This document shows, in pieces, positions 21,400 to 35,038 of a stretch of DNA of 64,000 nucleotides (positions within the stretch are counted from its first letter, which is position 1; every line of letters starts with the position of its first letter). Below the pieces are notes generated by a model. The model worked only from the letters and a program-made list of their open reading frames with translations, did no database searches and had not been told where the DNA came from. This DNA comes from Anthoceros angustus (taxonomy: Eukaryota > Plantae > Anthocerotophyta): contig VJWM01000025.1 of NCBI GenBank assembly GCA_010909165.1, forward strand, positions 1,116,001-1,180,000, written 5' to 3'. Both the position numbers and the translations under genes were made by a program.

Positions 21400-23110
21400 T
21401 CCACTGAATCTGGAATCGCGTCGACGACCACATGTGTTGATTAGGTCTTTGGTTTTGCAAAGCGAGTGTTTTGGGGCGGACTCTTCATGTGAGCAGACGT
21501 TTGTGGCGTGGGCGCGTCGTGGAGGCCGGCCTTGTGTGCCAGAATCGATTGCAGCGTGGATGGAAGTGTGGCGCTTAGATTCGTTTGTGGGTGGGGCGTG
21601 GGAGCTGGATTTCGATCGATTGGGCGCTTGCTTTTGGAGGTCGTTTCTAACACGGTTTTTGTTTGCTAGGATGGTGCTAGTGTGGCGCCCGGTGAGGAGT
21701 TCTAGGTGCTCAAGTGCTAGTTTGGTTGGTGGCTGTTTGTGTGTGGGCGGTGTGTGGAAACCATGGGTGAACCACTTGGCAGGGTGGAGGGGAGACAGCG
21801 TGTGGCTTTGCAGGGGAGGCAGCGTGCGGCTATGGCAGCATCTGCAGGTGAGGATGGTGGCCAGGGGAGAGCATCACGCCCAAGGGAGAGTAGGAACGTA
21901 AGGAGGCAACAGAGGGCTGCCACCCTTCGCGCTGAGAGAGTGACCGCAGCCTTGCAAGTCGACATCTCTTCAGCAGAGCAGGCTGCGCCGTGGAATTGGC
22001 ACTCGGGGGATGCGGTTCTATCCATTGGTGTGAATGTGCGGATGAGAACACAGCAATTGGGCTTAAGGCGCGTGTGGGTGGGTCGGATGTTTTGGCTAGG
22101 TACTTTGGAGGCCTTCACGGAGCAAATGATGGCTACCTTCTAGGGACTACTAATTTTTTCTGTGGAAGAATGGAGGAACATCGATGACTTGGTGTATACA
22201 GTTGTGCAGGGCGGCCTAGCTTGTGCATTACGAGGGTTCCTCGAAACCTTCTTGGTGTGTTGGTGGAGAAAGCGCGGTAAAAGGGTGGCAAGCTTATTGG
22301 GACAAGCGGATGAAGAAGAAACAACGGAAGTGTAAAGATGGTAGTGACGATCTTTGGGGACGAGGAAGGTGGAGGTGAGGAAGATGAGGGCTCGGATGCG
22401 CTGATGATGCTCCACCAGCTGTGAAGCTTGGTGCAGGGGGGCTGGCCGTTCCATGTCTGGAGGAAACTCCCCTGCTCGCAGGAGCCCACGGGAGGCCACG
22501 ACGGTCGTCGCAACAAAGTTTGGAGCTGGTCTCTGCCAACAAAGGAAAAGCAGCTGTGATTGACAAGGAGCCATTGTCCTCGTCGAAAGTTGTGGCGAGC
22601 TTCACGGAGAAGGACCACGTACGTCCATTGAAAGGTAAGACATATGACCGTGAGAAAAGTGGCCTCCAGCCATGGGCTCCAATGGAGGTGATTTTGGCTG
22701 CTGTGCTCCGTGTGAAGAAGGACTTGGAGGCGTCTTGTGGATGAGGTCAAAGCTTGCTAAGGCGGGGAGGATGCCTTGAAGGATCTGGACTTGACGAAGG
22801 TCCAAGCGACCTTGTGCTCAATGGCGGTGGGTTGGACTCGAAACACAACGATGCACCATGGAACCGGGTCCGCCAAAGTGTGAAGGCCAAGACGGACCAT
22901 TGTAATGTTGTGAACAAGAAGTTGGCGAAAACACGGCTTGTAGGAGCAGGCAAGAACATGTTCTTTGGGTTTTGGATTTTGAGCAGGCGATCAGGAATTC
23001 ACCAGCTAAGAGTGAAGAAGTCCACGCCGGCCCGGACAAGGGCTCCATGCCACTCCCACAGAGCCACCCATGATAGCAGCATGTTGTGTCCGCACTGCAG
23101 TGCGTTTTCA
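21400..23110 (+). pseudogene. Unassigned cargo ORF(s) of the Sola2-like element
   Basis: Chain of protein-like + ORFs (21739-22143, 22421-22744, 22754-23113); no motif recognised. Confidence 0.3.
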
Positions 23111-24699
23111 TAGTCCAAAGATCACAGGTGTCATTCGCAATTCTCAATGGTGCTGTCTCGAGGGGGAGTTTTTGATTTTGTGTCCCTTGGATTTCTCCCC
23201 TAACTGTTGAAGTGCCGAATAGCACCTGTTGTTGCAGCAGATTGTGTGCAAATGTTTGTTATTCCTGCTGGAATATGCGGAGGATGTTTCTGAAGGTCAG
23301 GGGTTGCTGCAATGAGTGTGCAATGATTGTTGCCTACAAACAGGTCAGAGTGTTTGTTGTTCTCCAGTAAGTCCTGTTTCTAAGGGTGGTAGTGAAGGCT
23401 GGTAGGGAACCGGAGCACTTGCTCTCCCTACTAGAAATGGGCACCCTATGTTACACTTTATGTTAAGATTTGGACCCCTGGATGTAACACTCATGTTACA
23501 ATTTTGGGGTCATGTAACACTTTTTGGGCCCCTTGTTACACTTTGGCTTGGAAACCATACCACGGCTGTTGTTGCAATCATGTTGCAATGGTGTTGCAAT
23601 TATGTTAAGATGAAGTGAGAGGTGGTTTTGCCCTCTCTCAAAATTGCAACATGATTGCAACATCTAAAGTGTTACAAGAGAGGTCTTGTAACACTTTTGG
23701 AGGCTTGGTACCGAACCTCCTCCCCATCCACCATTGCCCTTTTACTTTTGCCCTTTGAAATACCACGTTTTACTTGGTAGTTACCACCGATACGCCCTTC
23801 AATACGACCATATACAAATACCTGTATCAATACATCCTTGTACTATACGCATGTAGTCTACGGTGATAAATGTAATGTATTATTCTAAGTGCTATACGGG
23901 CGTATTCAATTTCATATAAAATAAGTTTGTATATTATGCGTATTACATACGTACACTGGTCTGTACATATTCATGGTACGATACTTTGTATTTACTATAC
24001 GTGTAAATAGCGACGGCCCTTTATACCCCTACTTTATAGCATGCTGGCTTGCGGTTTGTCCTTCCACGTCAACAATAGCCATCGGCTTCCTGCCATGGCG
24101 CCCAAGAAGATATTGTCCCCACCTATCACCTTATTGTGACGATCACCGTGAGGTTATGCCCCTACAAGATTGTCTTTGTGCGGAGGATTTGGTATCGCGG
24201 CTTATGCTTTTACGCCTCCATGTAAGGCACTTCCTACTCGTCATCGTATGCACCTACGAAACTTCCGCCCTCCGTTCGATTCGCAATTTTCTTCTTCCTC
24301 CCACTTGCGTTTGGGAAAGCTTTGCCACTTCCTCCGCTTCCTCCGCCTCGCAGGCACATTGCACATACAAACCAGCATGGCCGTCATGAGTTATCCAGCG
24401 TTAATGGGTTTCCACATTTGTCCATTTGCCTTCCCTCCGGTCCCTCCTCTTTTCTTACGCCCTTCTTGCTGGACATTTTCCTCTTCCGTCCTCCTTCTTC
24501 CGTCGCAGCCCGTGTTCACTTGCCCACCGTGCCTCCTCTACTCCTCCTCCGTTTTCCTCTTTCGGCCTCCACCCTTTATCATGTGGCATTGCCTCAACTG
24601 GGCTCCACTATGTGTCCATGCTCTCGGCATCCGAGGCTGCAAGGTATGTGTCGCACGAAATTAGGCACATCGTCCTCTTGACTGCCTCCTCTGCTGCGT

Positions 24700-27600
24700 C
24701 CATGTTCTCTGCAGCGTCCCCCTCTGTCCCCGGCCTCCATCTGCATTGGCTGATATCAAGCGCACGCATGTTGCCCTCTTAGTCCTCCTTCATTCTCTCT
24801 CCCCTCGACATCCGCCTCATGTTCTGGCGCCTTTTGCCCCGACCATGGCTGCTGGGTGATCCACTCTCGTCGTCCTCCGCCACCCGCTCCTCCTAGTCCC
24901 CTGCGATTTTTGGCTGTCCATAGTGCACACAAGTGTGTTTCTTCACAGTGAATTGTTGCCCCCGTGCTCCACCACCCGACTCCTGCCCTCCACACACCTT
25001 GTTCCTGCCCTCCATCGGCGTCGTCACTCCATCTGATCCCAACGGCCTCCACCCTCCCCATACATGGCCGTCACACAGCGGTCTCGGGCACCCTCCACCT
25101 CTTTTCCATTATTTGCTTGCTGCCCACGGCCTCGTTGCTGCCTCCATTGACCCCAATCCGGGCATGCACTTCCACCTAGGCAATCGTGGTGTCGCGGGCA
25201 CCACAATATATCCACACACTCGGTTCCCCCCTCCGCCTCCTGCATGCTTCCTCAAGAGCGCCTCACCGTCTCCACTTCCCGCTCCTTGTTCATCGTCCTT
25301 TCCCCATTCAAAGTCCGTTGTCCCTCGCCCCTCGGCCTCCTTCCTCCCAAGCCCCTTCCGCGCCATTGCATTCCTTGATAGCCTCTCGTCGTCCATGTCA
25401 CCACCTCGTGCACCATCGTTGCCTCCACCCTTCCCTTCTCGGAAAGGCCACCATATCGGATCCATCTTCAATTCAATGTCGTTAAGCAAAATGGTCATTT
25501 CCTTGTTCTCCTTGCAATAGCTTGAACCTCTAGGATCTTTTCATACACTCCCTATCTTACTGAAGGAACTCGCACGAACCCCACTATCGCCTTTCACGAT
25601 TTCCACCCTTTCCCTTCTAGCAATCGTGCCACCGCCGTCCTCGAAAGGTTGCCTCCCTTGTCTCAAGCTTGAAGCCGGCATGCAGTGCACATGTGTTACC
25701 GTTTGTCCACCATGCCCACTCATCGGCCCAAACTTGAGCGTGTGCACACTTTGCCGTCACTTGCCATTAGCAGTGCGAAAACCCACCTCATCCAATGTAA
25801 ATAGCTCTTCATCTATTTCACTTCACGCGTGCTCCAACTCCGCATCCGTTGGGAGGTTCCACGTCTCAAAGTCGTCAAAATCAAGTCGGGCTCGGCCATG
25901 CTCGCCTCTTACCTCTGGCCGTCTTCGAGGAGGCCGCTTCTTCACATCGCCGATGTCGAATAGACCGCCCGGGTGCGGTGGATGAGCGAGATAGCCCGAG
26001 GCCATTTGGCCCCTCATCCTCCCCACCCGGTCTGATGCAGCCGTCGCGCCCCACTATGGTGTTCGGCGCCTTCGTGACTCCCCTAGCAAGCTTCACCTCG
26101 CCATACTCCCCATCCTGCGAACCGGTTGTCCACCACCTTCGTGCCATGCTGAAGGCAATGGCTTCCCTCTCAAGTGAAAGGTGCCAGGCCATGAGTCCCG
26201 GCTGTCGAAATTCAAGGCTGCTATTTTGAAAAAGCTTTGTTTGCAAAGGCCCAGCTGGTTGTCATTTACTCCTCTTGGCGACTGTGCACATGCTACTTGC
26301 CCATAATCAGAACAATTTTCTGACCACAACCTTGACAGACTTGGGAGCAAGTTTCATGTCCCATTGGTTACGCTGTACGTTACTCATGATGTATTATATT
26401 GCCCACATGGCGCACCGCTCTCAATGCGCCCATTCGCATTTTACCATTAATCATCTTCCGACCAAAGATTGCCTTGTGCATCCGTGGAGGGAGGAGACAA
26501 TAGACTATAGCATGCAAACCAATCACCATACATGATTTATTCCACTTTCGACGCGTGACTCGAAGTGGCGTGCAAAGGGTGACTTGTCATGTCGGTCAAG
26601 CGGTATGGACGGGCACCAAACCATACCCATCCATTCCGCCAAGACAAGGGTCATCGAGTTTTATTGCGTGGGGAAGTACAAGTAGTGATCAAGGATGAAG
26701 GACTTTCCCATCCCAATGTTTAACGGTAAGCATATGTCCCCACATTGTGAGGTATAAACCGTCCGCCACACGACGATCGCCATGCCCTGTAGAGAGCCAA
26801 GGATGACGCCTCCATACCGGTCCTTGATGGCCGGCGAGGGAGAGCAACCTCCCATCCATCATCCTCGATGGCCATCGTCATGATTGGAATTGCAGCCCTT
26901 GTCCTTAATGGCCATCGTCGGTTTCCACCACCTTCGTGCCATGTCAAGGCAATGGCTTCCTCTCGGTGAAAGGTGCGGGCCATGAGTCCCTACCGAATTC
27001 AAGGCTGCTATTTTGAAAAGCTTTGTTTGCAAAGGCCCAGGTTGTCATTTACTCCTCTTGGCGGACGGCGATTGTGCACATGCTACTTGCCCATAATCGA
27101 ACAATTTTCGACCACAACCTTGATGCACTTGGGAGCAAGTTTCATGTCCCATTGGTTACGCCAGACGTTACTCATGATGTATTATATTGCCCACATGGCG
27201 CACCGCTCTCAATGCGCCCATCGCATTTTACCATTAATCATCGCCTTCTTCCACCGACCAAAGATTGCCTTGTGCATCCGGAGGAGGAGACAATAGACTA
27301 TAGCATGCAAACCAATCACCATACATGATTTATTCCACTTTCGACGCGTGACTCGTGACGTGTGACTTGTCATGTCGGTCAACGTATGGACGGGCACCAA
27401 ACCATACCCATCCATTCCGCCAAGGATAAGACAGTCATCGAGTTTTATTGCGACGATGGGAAGTACAAGTAGTGATCAAGGATGAAGGACTTTCCCATCC
27501 CAATGTTTAATTACGGTAAGCATATGTCCCCACATTGTGAGGTATAAACCGCCCTCGCCACACGACCGCCATGCCCGAGACAAGAGCCAAGGATGACGCC

Positions 27601-28900
27601 CATACCGGTCCTTGATGGCCGACGAGGGAGAGCAACCTCCCATCCATCATCCTCGATGGCCATCATTGAATTGCAGCCCTTGTCCTTAATGGCCATCGTT
27701 GGTTTCCACCACTGTGCAACAATAATGTGCACACATCGCAATGATCCACAAAGCAGACACAGTCGAGCGGAAGGCGGCGGTTTTGACTTATGCGATTCCA
27801 CAAACACTTTAGCTCGCATGGACTTGTAGGTAGGCGAATAGGGCCAAAAAGTGTTCACATCCGGCCTCAGAACCCCCCCATACGTGTGTGGTCACGAACA
27901 CCATGCCGCACCATGTGGAAGGAACCACCTCGCCACGGCAAGTCCCCACGAGGATAGCCGATGAGAGCTGCTCCACGCCATGAGGCGGTGACACCGCCTC
28001 CAACCTTTGCAAAGGATCCTTGATGGCCATCAACGGATTTCTAGTTGTGCGAAGATGGAGACATGAACACACGCCTCGTGGTGCGAACTACCACTCCACG
28101 CCCATTTAGGTTTCCGGAGCTAGCTCCGCATACGTCAACATGTCCGTCATACATGGCATAAGGTAGCAGGAGGCGCCAGCGGTGCATGTTTCCTGAAGAG
28201 GCTCGCCCGGCGAGGATGACCAAGAGAAAGGTAGTAGCGTGAAGCGAGGGGCAAGGTGGTGACATTTAAAGCGGACCACCACCTTCTCTGACCTCTTGTG
28301 CCCCGCCACATCGGGTTGCGGATGAGAGGATCTTGAATTTCAAGCTCCTTACATGTGACAAACCAAACATGGCGAGGCTTTGATGGTGCCGTCGAAATAT
28401 GATGTGATTCTTGGTAAATGCAATGAGTGTGAAGGGCGCTAAAGGAGCGGAATCAAGTTTGTTTTCATGTCTCCTAAGGGCTGGAAATCCTTTGCGGCGG
28501 TGCGGCCATAGTGACGTCGAGCCGTCACCCTAGCATGGTGCCGATGGCGTGAATACATCTCGTTACGCCATGTGACGCGCATGATTGGTGGAGAGCGGAA
28601 TGGGAGTCTCGAGCGATGGACATCATTATCTAGGAGAACGGAATTGGCATATATGGCAAATTCACATACGACGGTCCTTCATTCATGGCATAATGAAAGG
28701 GGCATTTAGTTTGCTTGAATGGCTCTCACGTGCCACCCACCGTCCTTGCACAATGGTGTAGATGTTGATATAGATTATTACGAAAGCGATTGGAGCAGTA
28801 ATCGATTCAAGCGACCTTGGACGTGGCATGTTTTCTTCCATGCCATGAGTTTTCAATTATTCTAATGGCTTGCACCCACCTTCCTTGGACCATGGTGGAG
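24700..28900 (-). pseudogene. Unassigned frameshifted cargo gene(s) inside the CACTA-type element
   Basis: Protein-like minus-strand fragments including LDCVCFVDHCDVC (~27768-27730) and an acidic/Gly-rich region; 26120-26930 duplicated at 26925-27710. Confidence 0.3.
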
Positions 28901-29075
28901 GGAGAATTTTATTTGAGAGAAAGGGAACCATTGTCCTTGGTTCATGGCGGGTTGTAAGATGGCCATGACCTTGTCATGGCATGGCACTTCCTTGGTCATC
29001 GCCACTCGAAATCGCATTGCAAACACTTGTCCTTGGGTCACGATGGTCATGGTAAAAAGCGGGGACTATATATGG

Positions 29076-31605
29076 CATGCATGGAGGAATGGCGTGTGGA
29101 CAAGGAAGGTTTCGTGTTTGCGCAGCAAACAAAATAATGTGAGGAAGGTGGCATGGCAAGGCAAGGAGCCGGTGGCATGGCATGCCACGTAGTCCCCTTC
29201 TTGGATGGAAGCACTGAAGGATGGTCCTAGCGGCAAGTGAGGTGGGCACGCTGGAGAATGCGGATTCATAGTGGAGGGTGGATGATCATCGCGTGGCGGG
29301 AGGCGAGAGAGGTGTCGGGTCTTTGGAGGAGCAACTTCCGCAGTGGAGTCTGCGCCAAAGAGGAGGATCTTTGAGAAAGCGGCCGCAAGGGAGTGGGTGT
29401 CTCTAATAGGTGGGGAGCTAACTGGAGGCGCCGCTGCGGAGAGAATCCAAAACTTTCGGAGGAGGAATCGCGGGCCGTGACATCGAGGAGGAGGAATTTG
29501 GCGTGAGTCAGGAGAAAGGGGCTGTGGTGATCGGGAGGAGCATGGTGGTGCTGCCCAAGAGGCCGGCCGTGTGGCGAGAGAGAGGCCATTGGTCTTGTGG
29601 ACCTTACATTGGTGGCGATGGATAACCCCAACAACGTGGGAGGAGGATGCTGTGGAGGAGGAAACTGCCAGGAGTGGAGGCGGTCTCTTGGAGGAGGAAA
29701 GCTGCCACAGGAGTGGGCGGTCTCTGGAGGCGGTTGCGGAGGCGGGCCAAGGCAGCGTGCATATGATGGTGGGGAGGACGGTGAGGAGAAGGACACCGGT
29801 GGCAATGATGGGGAAAGCGCGAGGAGGCGGTTGCGGAGGCGGGCAACGCGTGCATATGATGGTCGGGAGGACGGTGAGGAGAAGGACACGGTGGCGCAAT
29901 GATGGGGAAAGCGCAGGAGGCGGATGTGGAGATGGCGGATGATGAGGTGGAGGACATACCGACTACATTGCCACTACGAAATTGGAGAATTGATGGAGTT
30001 GGCGGTAAGCCACTAGGCAGCGTCATTGCCGTGTTGCGGTGCATGGGCGTGGTGGAGTGTACATGGGCTGAGCGGTTATGCGATGGAGGTTGGGTGGAGA
30101 ATGAGGAGTTGTTGGTTGGTGCGGCGTGGTGATATGTAGGACGTGAGCTCTAAGTGATGTGTGTGCATGACTAGGGAAGAAGGGAAGGGAAAGGCGGTGG
30201 AAGGTGAAGGCCATGTCGGAAGGAAGGCCATGATACTAGTGAGAGAGAAGGAAGATGGAGGAAAGGTGGCAAGCAGGCGTCACGTCAAGTGATCTTGGAG
30301 GCAACGTAGATGGTGGGGAACGGATGTGGGAGCGGGGGCTGAGAGATGGTGGGGAACTGGATGTGGGAGCGGGAGCCTGGAGAGATGGTGGGGAACACAT
30401 GGATGAGAGAATGCGAGCGCATGCATGGAGGAATGGCGTGTGGACAAGGAAGGTTTCGTGTTTGCGCAGCAAACAAAATAATGTGAGGAAGGTGGCATGG
30501 CAAGGCAAGGAGCCGGTGGCATGGCATGCCACAGTCCCCTTCTTGGATGGAAGCGAAGGATGGTCCTAGCGGCAAGTGAGGTGGGCACGCTGGAGAATGC
30601 GGATTCATAGTGGAGGGTGGATGATCATCGCGTGGCGGGAGGCGAGAGAGGTGTCGGGTCTTTGGAGGAGCAACTTCCGCAGTGGAGTCTGCGCCAAAGA
30701 GGAGGATCTTTGAGAAAGCGGCCGCAAGGGAGTGGGTGTCTCTAATAGGTGGGGAGCTAACTGGGGCTGCGGAGAGAATCCAAAACTTTCGGAGGAATGC
30801 CAGGCCGTGACATCGAGGAGGAGGAGGAATTTGGCGTGAGTCCAGGAGAAAGAGGGCTGTGGTGATCGGGAGGAGCATGGTGGTCTGAGGCCGGCCGTGT
30901 GGTGGCGAGAGAGAGCCATTGGTCTTGTGGACCTTCTGTCGGTGGCGATGGATAACCCCAACAACGTGGGAGGAGGATGCCTGTGGAGGAGAAGCTGCCA
31001 CAGGGTGGGGAGGCGGTCTCTGGAGGAGGCGGTTGCGGAGGCGGGCCAAGGCAGCGTGCATATGATGGTCGGAGGACGGTGAGGAGAAGGACACGGTGGC
31101 AATGATGGGGAAAGCGCAAGCGAGGCGGATGTGGAGATGGCGGATGATGAGGTGGAGCGACATACAACTACATTGCCACTACATTGGAGAATTGATGGAG
31201 CGGTTGGCGGTAAGCCACTACGGCGTCATTCTTGCCGTGTTGTCTGTGCATGGGCGTGGTGGAGTGTACATGGTAGGGTTGCGATGGAGGTTGGGTGGAG
31301 AATGAGGAGTTGATGGTTGGTGCGGCGTGGTGATATGTAGGACGTGAGCTCTAAGTGATGTGTGTGCATGATGCGGGGAAGAAGGGAAAGCGGTGGAAGG
31401 TGAAGGCCATGTCGAAGGAAGGCCGATACTAGTGGAGAGAAGGAAGATGGAGGAAAGGTGGCAAGCAGGCGTCACCGTCAAGTGATCTTGGAGGCAACGA
31501 TGGTGGGGAACGGATGTGGGAGCGGAGCTGAGAGATGGTGGGGAATGGATGTGGAGAACCGGAGAGATGGTGGGGAACAATGGATGAGAGAATGCGGGAG
31601 CGCAT
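29076..31605. repeat. ~1.3 kb tandem duplication of purine-rich sequence
   Basis: gcatgcatggaggaatggcgtgtggacaagg at ~29075 and ~30418. Confidence 0.9.
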
Positions 31606-33699
31606 GCGAATGACTGAAAACAACCGTGGCGGTGGGCGTTTGTGGAGGGAATGTGAATGTTGAGCCATTTTCTTGCGGGGAGTCGCCAAGATGCGTGGTG
31701 GACCGGTGATGGTCAATCGGCAACAAGCAGATGGAATTGGTATTCCCACCTTTATAGCCTAGCATTTACAGGGTCGCCGTGAAAGTGGTGATTGAGGCTG
31801 GATAGGTCTAGGAAGTTGTGGAGGAACCACGAAAACAATGGTGTTGGTCGAAGAGTCACCAAGTGACGGCAAGGCGCTATGCCATATCACTTGGAAGACG
31901 TACATGTTTGTAGATAAAGCCAATTGCATCGGTGGCAACAAAGCCACGATCTTTGAAGGATAGAGGACGCGGAACTCCAAAAATTCCAATTAATTTGTCA
32001 ATAAAATCAAACACTTATATATGCAAGGTATGAGAGTGACGTAAGGGTTAGCACATACATATTACTATATAAACAAGTCTTGACGCCTATATATACATAT
32101 ATATACAAAGGAGGCATATATAAGTACACTAATATAATATAAGTATAACGGATGGATATATACATATGTACACATACTTACTTATGTCTTGAAGCCTATA
32201 TACATATATATGTATACAAAGGATATGCAAAGGAGGTAAAATAGGAAGGAAGGACAGCCCCGAGAGAGAGGTCCTTGTTACAATCATGTTGCAAGAGGAA
32301 GAGGGAAGAGTATAAAATGGTTGTGATAGGGAGGTCCTTCTCACGGTCATGATGGAGGAGGAGAAGTGAAAGAGTATAAAAGGGTGTGATAAGGGGCAAT
32401 AATAGCAGGGGTGGTGAGAGGAGAGACCAAGCATTGTGTTAAGATGGGGTGAGAAGGTGGATAAGAAATTGACACCTGAACACCAAGCCACCAAAAGTGT
32501 TGCAATTTTGAAGTGGTACATGAAGTGAGAGACCAAGCATTGTGTTAGGATGGTGGGAGAAGGAAGAGAAAAAATGGACCAACTTAACACCAAGCCATCA
32601 AACCATGTTGCAAGTTGGAAGTGTTACATAAAATTGCAACACGGTATAACAGAGGTGGGAAATTATTAAAATGCTTGTGAGAGGGGTGTACCGGAAGGGT
32701 GAGGTGGGAAGAGAGTGCAGTTCGTGTTAAGATGGCTGCACCAAGCAAGACAGAACTAACAAACTTAATACCAAGCCTCAAAACATGTTGCAATGTGGAA
32801 GTGTAACAAAAATTGCAACATCAACGCTATTTGGTGCCCTTTTCTAGTAGGTCTTACTCTGTCTCTGAGTTGATCTTTGCGTACGGATCTTTCGGCTTTT
32901 AAGGCTGGAAGTCCATGTGTTTGATTGTGGTGTGTGGAAGATGCATGCGCCCGTGCGAGATGGTGCACCATTTGCCATTCTATTCTTGTCCACATTGCTT
33001 TGCATGTGTGGTAGACACGGTGGTATGCACGCTTTGCTTGTAGGCGGTTGCTTTATATGGAACCTGATGGGGTGAGAAGGTGGATAAGAAATTGACACCG
33101 AACACCAAGCCACCAAAAGTGTTGCAATTTTGAAGTGGTACATGAAGTGAGAGACCAAGCATTGTGTTAGGATGGTGGGAGAAGGAAGAGAAAAAATGGA
33201 CCAACTTAACACCAAGCCATCAAAACATGTTGCAAGTTGGAAGTGTTACATAAAATTGCAACACGTAACAAGGTGGGAAATTATTAATAATGCTTGTGAG
33301 AGGGGTGTACCAGGGTGAGGTGGGAAGAGAGAGAGTGCGAGGTTCGTGTTAAGATGCGCAAGCGAGACAGAACTAACAAACTTAATACCAAGCCTCCAAA
33401 ACATGTTGCAATGTGGAAGTGTAACAAAAAATTGCAACATCAACTGTAACATAGGGTGCCCTTTTCTAGTAGGGTCTTACTCTCTATTATCTGAGTTGAT
33501 CTTTGCATCTCGATCTTTCGCTTTTAGTAAGTCCATGTGTTTGATTGTGGTGTGTGGAAGATGCATGCGCCTGTGCGGAGATGGTGCACCAGGTTGCCAT
33601 TCTATTTCTTGTCCACGAAGTTGCGCATGTGTGGTAGACACGGTGGTATGCACATGGCATCGTGAGCGGAGTTCTTGTCGAGCACCGTGATGGAATGAC

Positions 33700-34160
33700 A
33701 GGATTTGTTGTGGTGGCCGGGTTGGTGGTCGATTGGACATCATGGAGATGTGGTGGCATGTGGAGATGTGGTGGCGTCGAGCATCATAGAGATGTGGTGG
33801 CGGTTGGTCTTCAGGCACTTGGGAGTTTGTGACATGGTGGCCGCTTACTTGATGTGGTGGTGGGTTTGATGGTACCGCGGTATATGGTGGCCACTCTTGT
33901 GCTGCCGCTGATGTGGTGGCGGGGTTGGTGGTGAATCGCAGTATGTGCCATGGTGGCGCTTATGTGGTGGCGGGGTTGGTGGTGATCTGCAGAGTATGTG
34001 CCATGGTGGCGCTTGATGTGGTGGCGGGGTTGGTGGTGGGCTGCCGAGTATGTGCCATGGTGGCCGCTTACTTGATGTGATGGCGGGTTTGGTGGTGATC
34101 TGCCCGAGTATGTGACATGGTGGCCACGTACCTGATGTGCTGGCCACAGTTGGTGGTCTT
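33700..34160 (+). repeat. TGGTGGC/GATGTGGTGG-rich minisatellite array
   Basis: Repeated atgtggtggcggggttggtggtg...gtatgtgccatggtggc units. Confidence 0.85.
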
Positions 34161-34379
34161 CAATCCTCTTTGGTGATGTGTTGGCAAGGATTGTAATGTA
34201 GTTGCGATAGCTTGTGATGTTCTGATCGTAATACAGTTGTGATTTGTTGGTGAAGGCGCAGCTCTTCTGACTTTAACGTGGGTCTTTCTGCACATGGTAT
34301 GCATGCAACGAGATGGTATTCGCGCCCTCTGGGCATTGCTTCCATGACATATGTCTCTTCAAAGCGTTGCAAAGGCATG

Positions 34380-35038
34380 TTCTGCCGCCGCAGTGCAACG
34401 GAGATTTCAAAAACGGTTGCTGGCCAAGGGTGGCCCTTTGAAGGACACCAAGCGCACCATCATGGGAGGATGACCAGTGACACGGTGGAGCGGTATTTGG
34501 AGATTATTCGCGATCGCAACAACGCATCATAGATGGGCAGTTGGCGCTCCGATAAGCTCAAACAACTGGCTGGCAACACCTCAGAGCAAGAAGTACTTAG
34601 AATCACCAGGTTTGGTGCACTTGCACATTGCTATCTGCCAACGGTGAGCTGGCGAATTTCCTAGCCATATTTGTATCATTCTTCTATTTTGAATGGTCTT
34701 TGTTGTGCGGGGAACATGAGTTGGCCCCATGTCCACAAACTTCTCCATGCATCTGTGAGTATCCTCTTTAAAACACCGCCAGACGACCGCCTTAGGCTCC
34801 ACCAAAGAAAAGCTAATCTGAGGAGGTGCGTTCATGCTGGGACTGCACGAATATATGTATACTTGCGAACAAGCCCAGCGACGCAATCCGGGCCAATTAT
34901 ATGGTATCCATGTAGCCAATCCAATCCTCCAAAGATGGACTCGGTGGTGGCCCTTGTTGTACAGCTCAATGCGTTTTGGGGCAAGTGCTTGAAGGGAACA
35001 TGGACGGTGTGGCCCTTAGTCCCTCACGGGTGTTCGAG
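34380..35038 (+). pseudogene. Weakly Ulp1/C48 protease-like cargo fragment
   Basis: G(R/W)MTSDTVERYLEIIR resembles WLxDxxIxxY; IFVSFFYFEWSLL resembles the HWxL strand but lacks His. Confidence 0.3.

Larger units (their letters stand above)
23426..33474. mobile_element. CACTA/CMC-EnSpm-type element with CCCTA termini, apparently non-autonomous
   Basis: TIR CCCTACTAGAAA(T/A)GGGCACCCTATGTTACA at 23426 and inverted ending at 33474; 3-bp TSD TCT; subterminal GTTGCAA/TGTTACA arrays at both ends; duplicated right end at ~32851. Confidence 0.82.

Noticed and set aside
29066-31167. Long Pro/Ser-rich minus-strand ORFs (277-292 aa)
   Set aside because: Low-complexity, open in multiple frames, and frames are not conserved between the two tandem copies.
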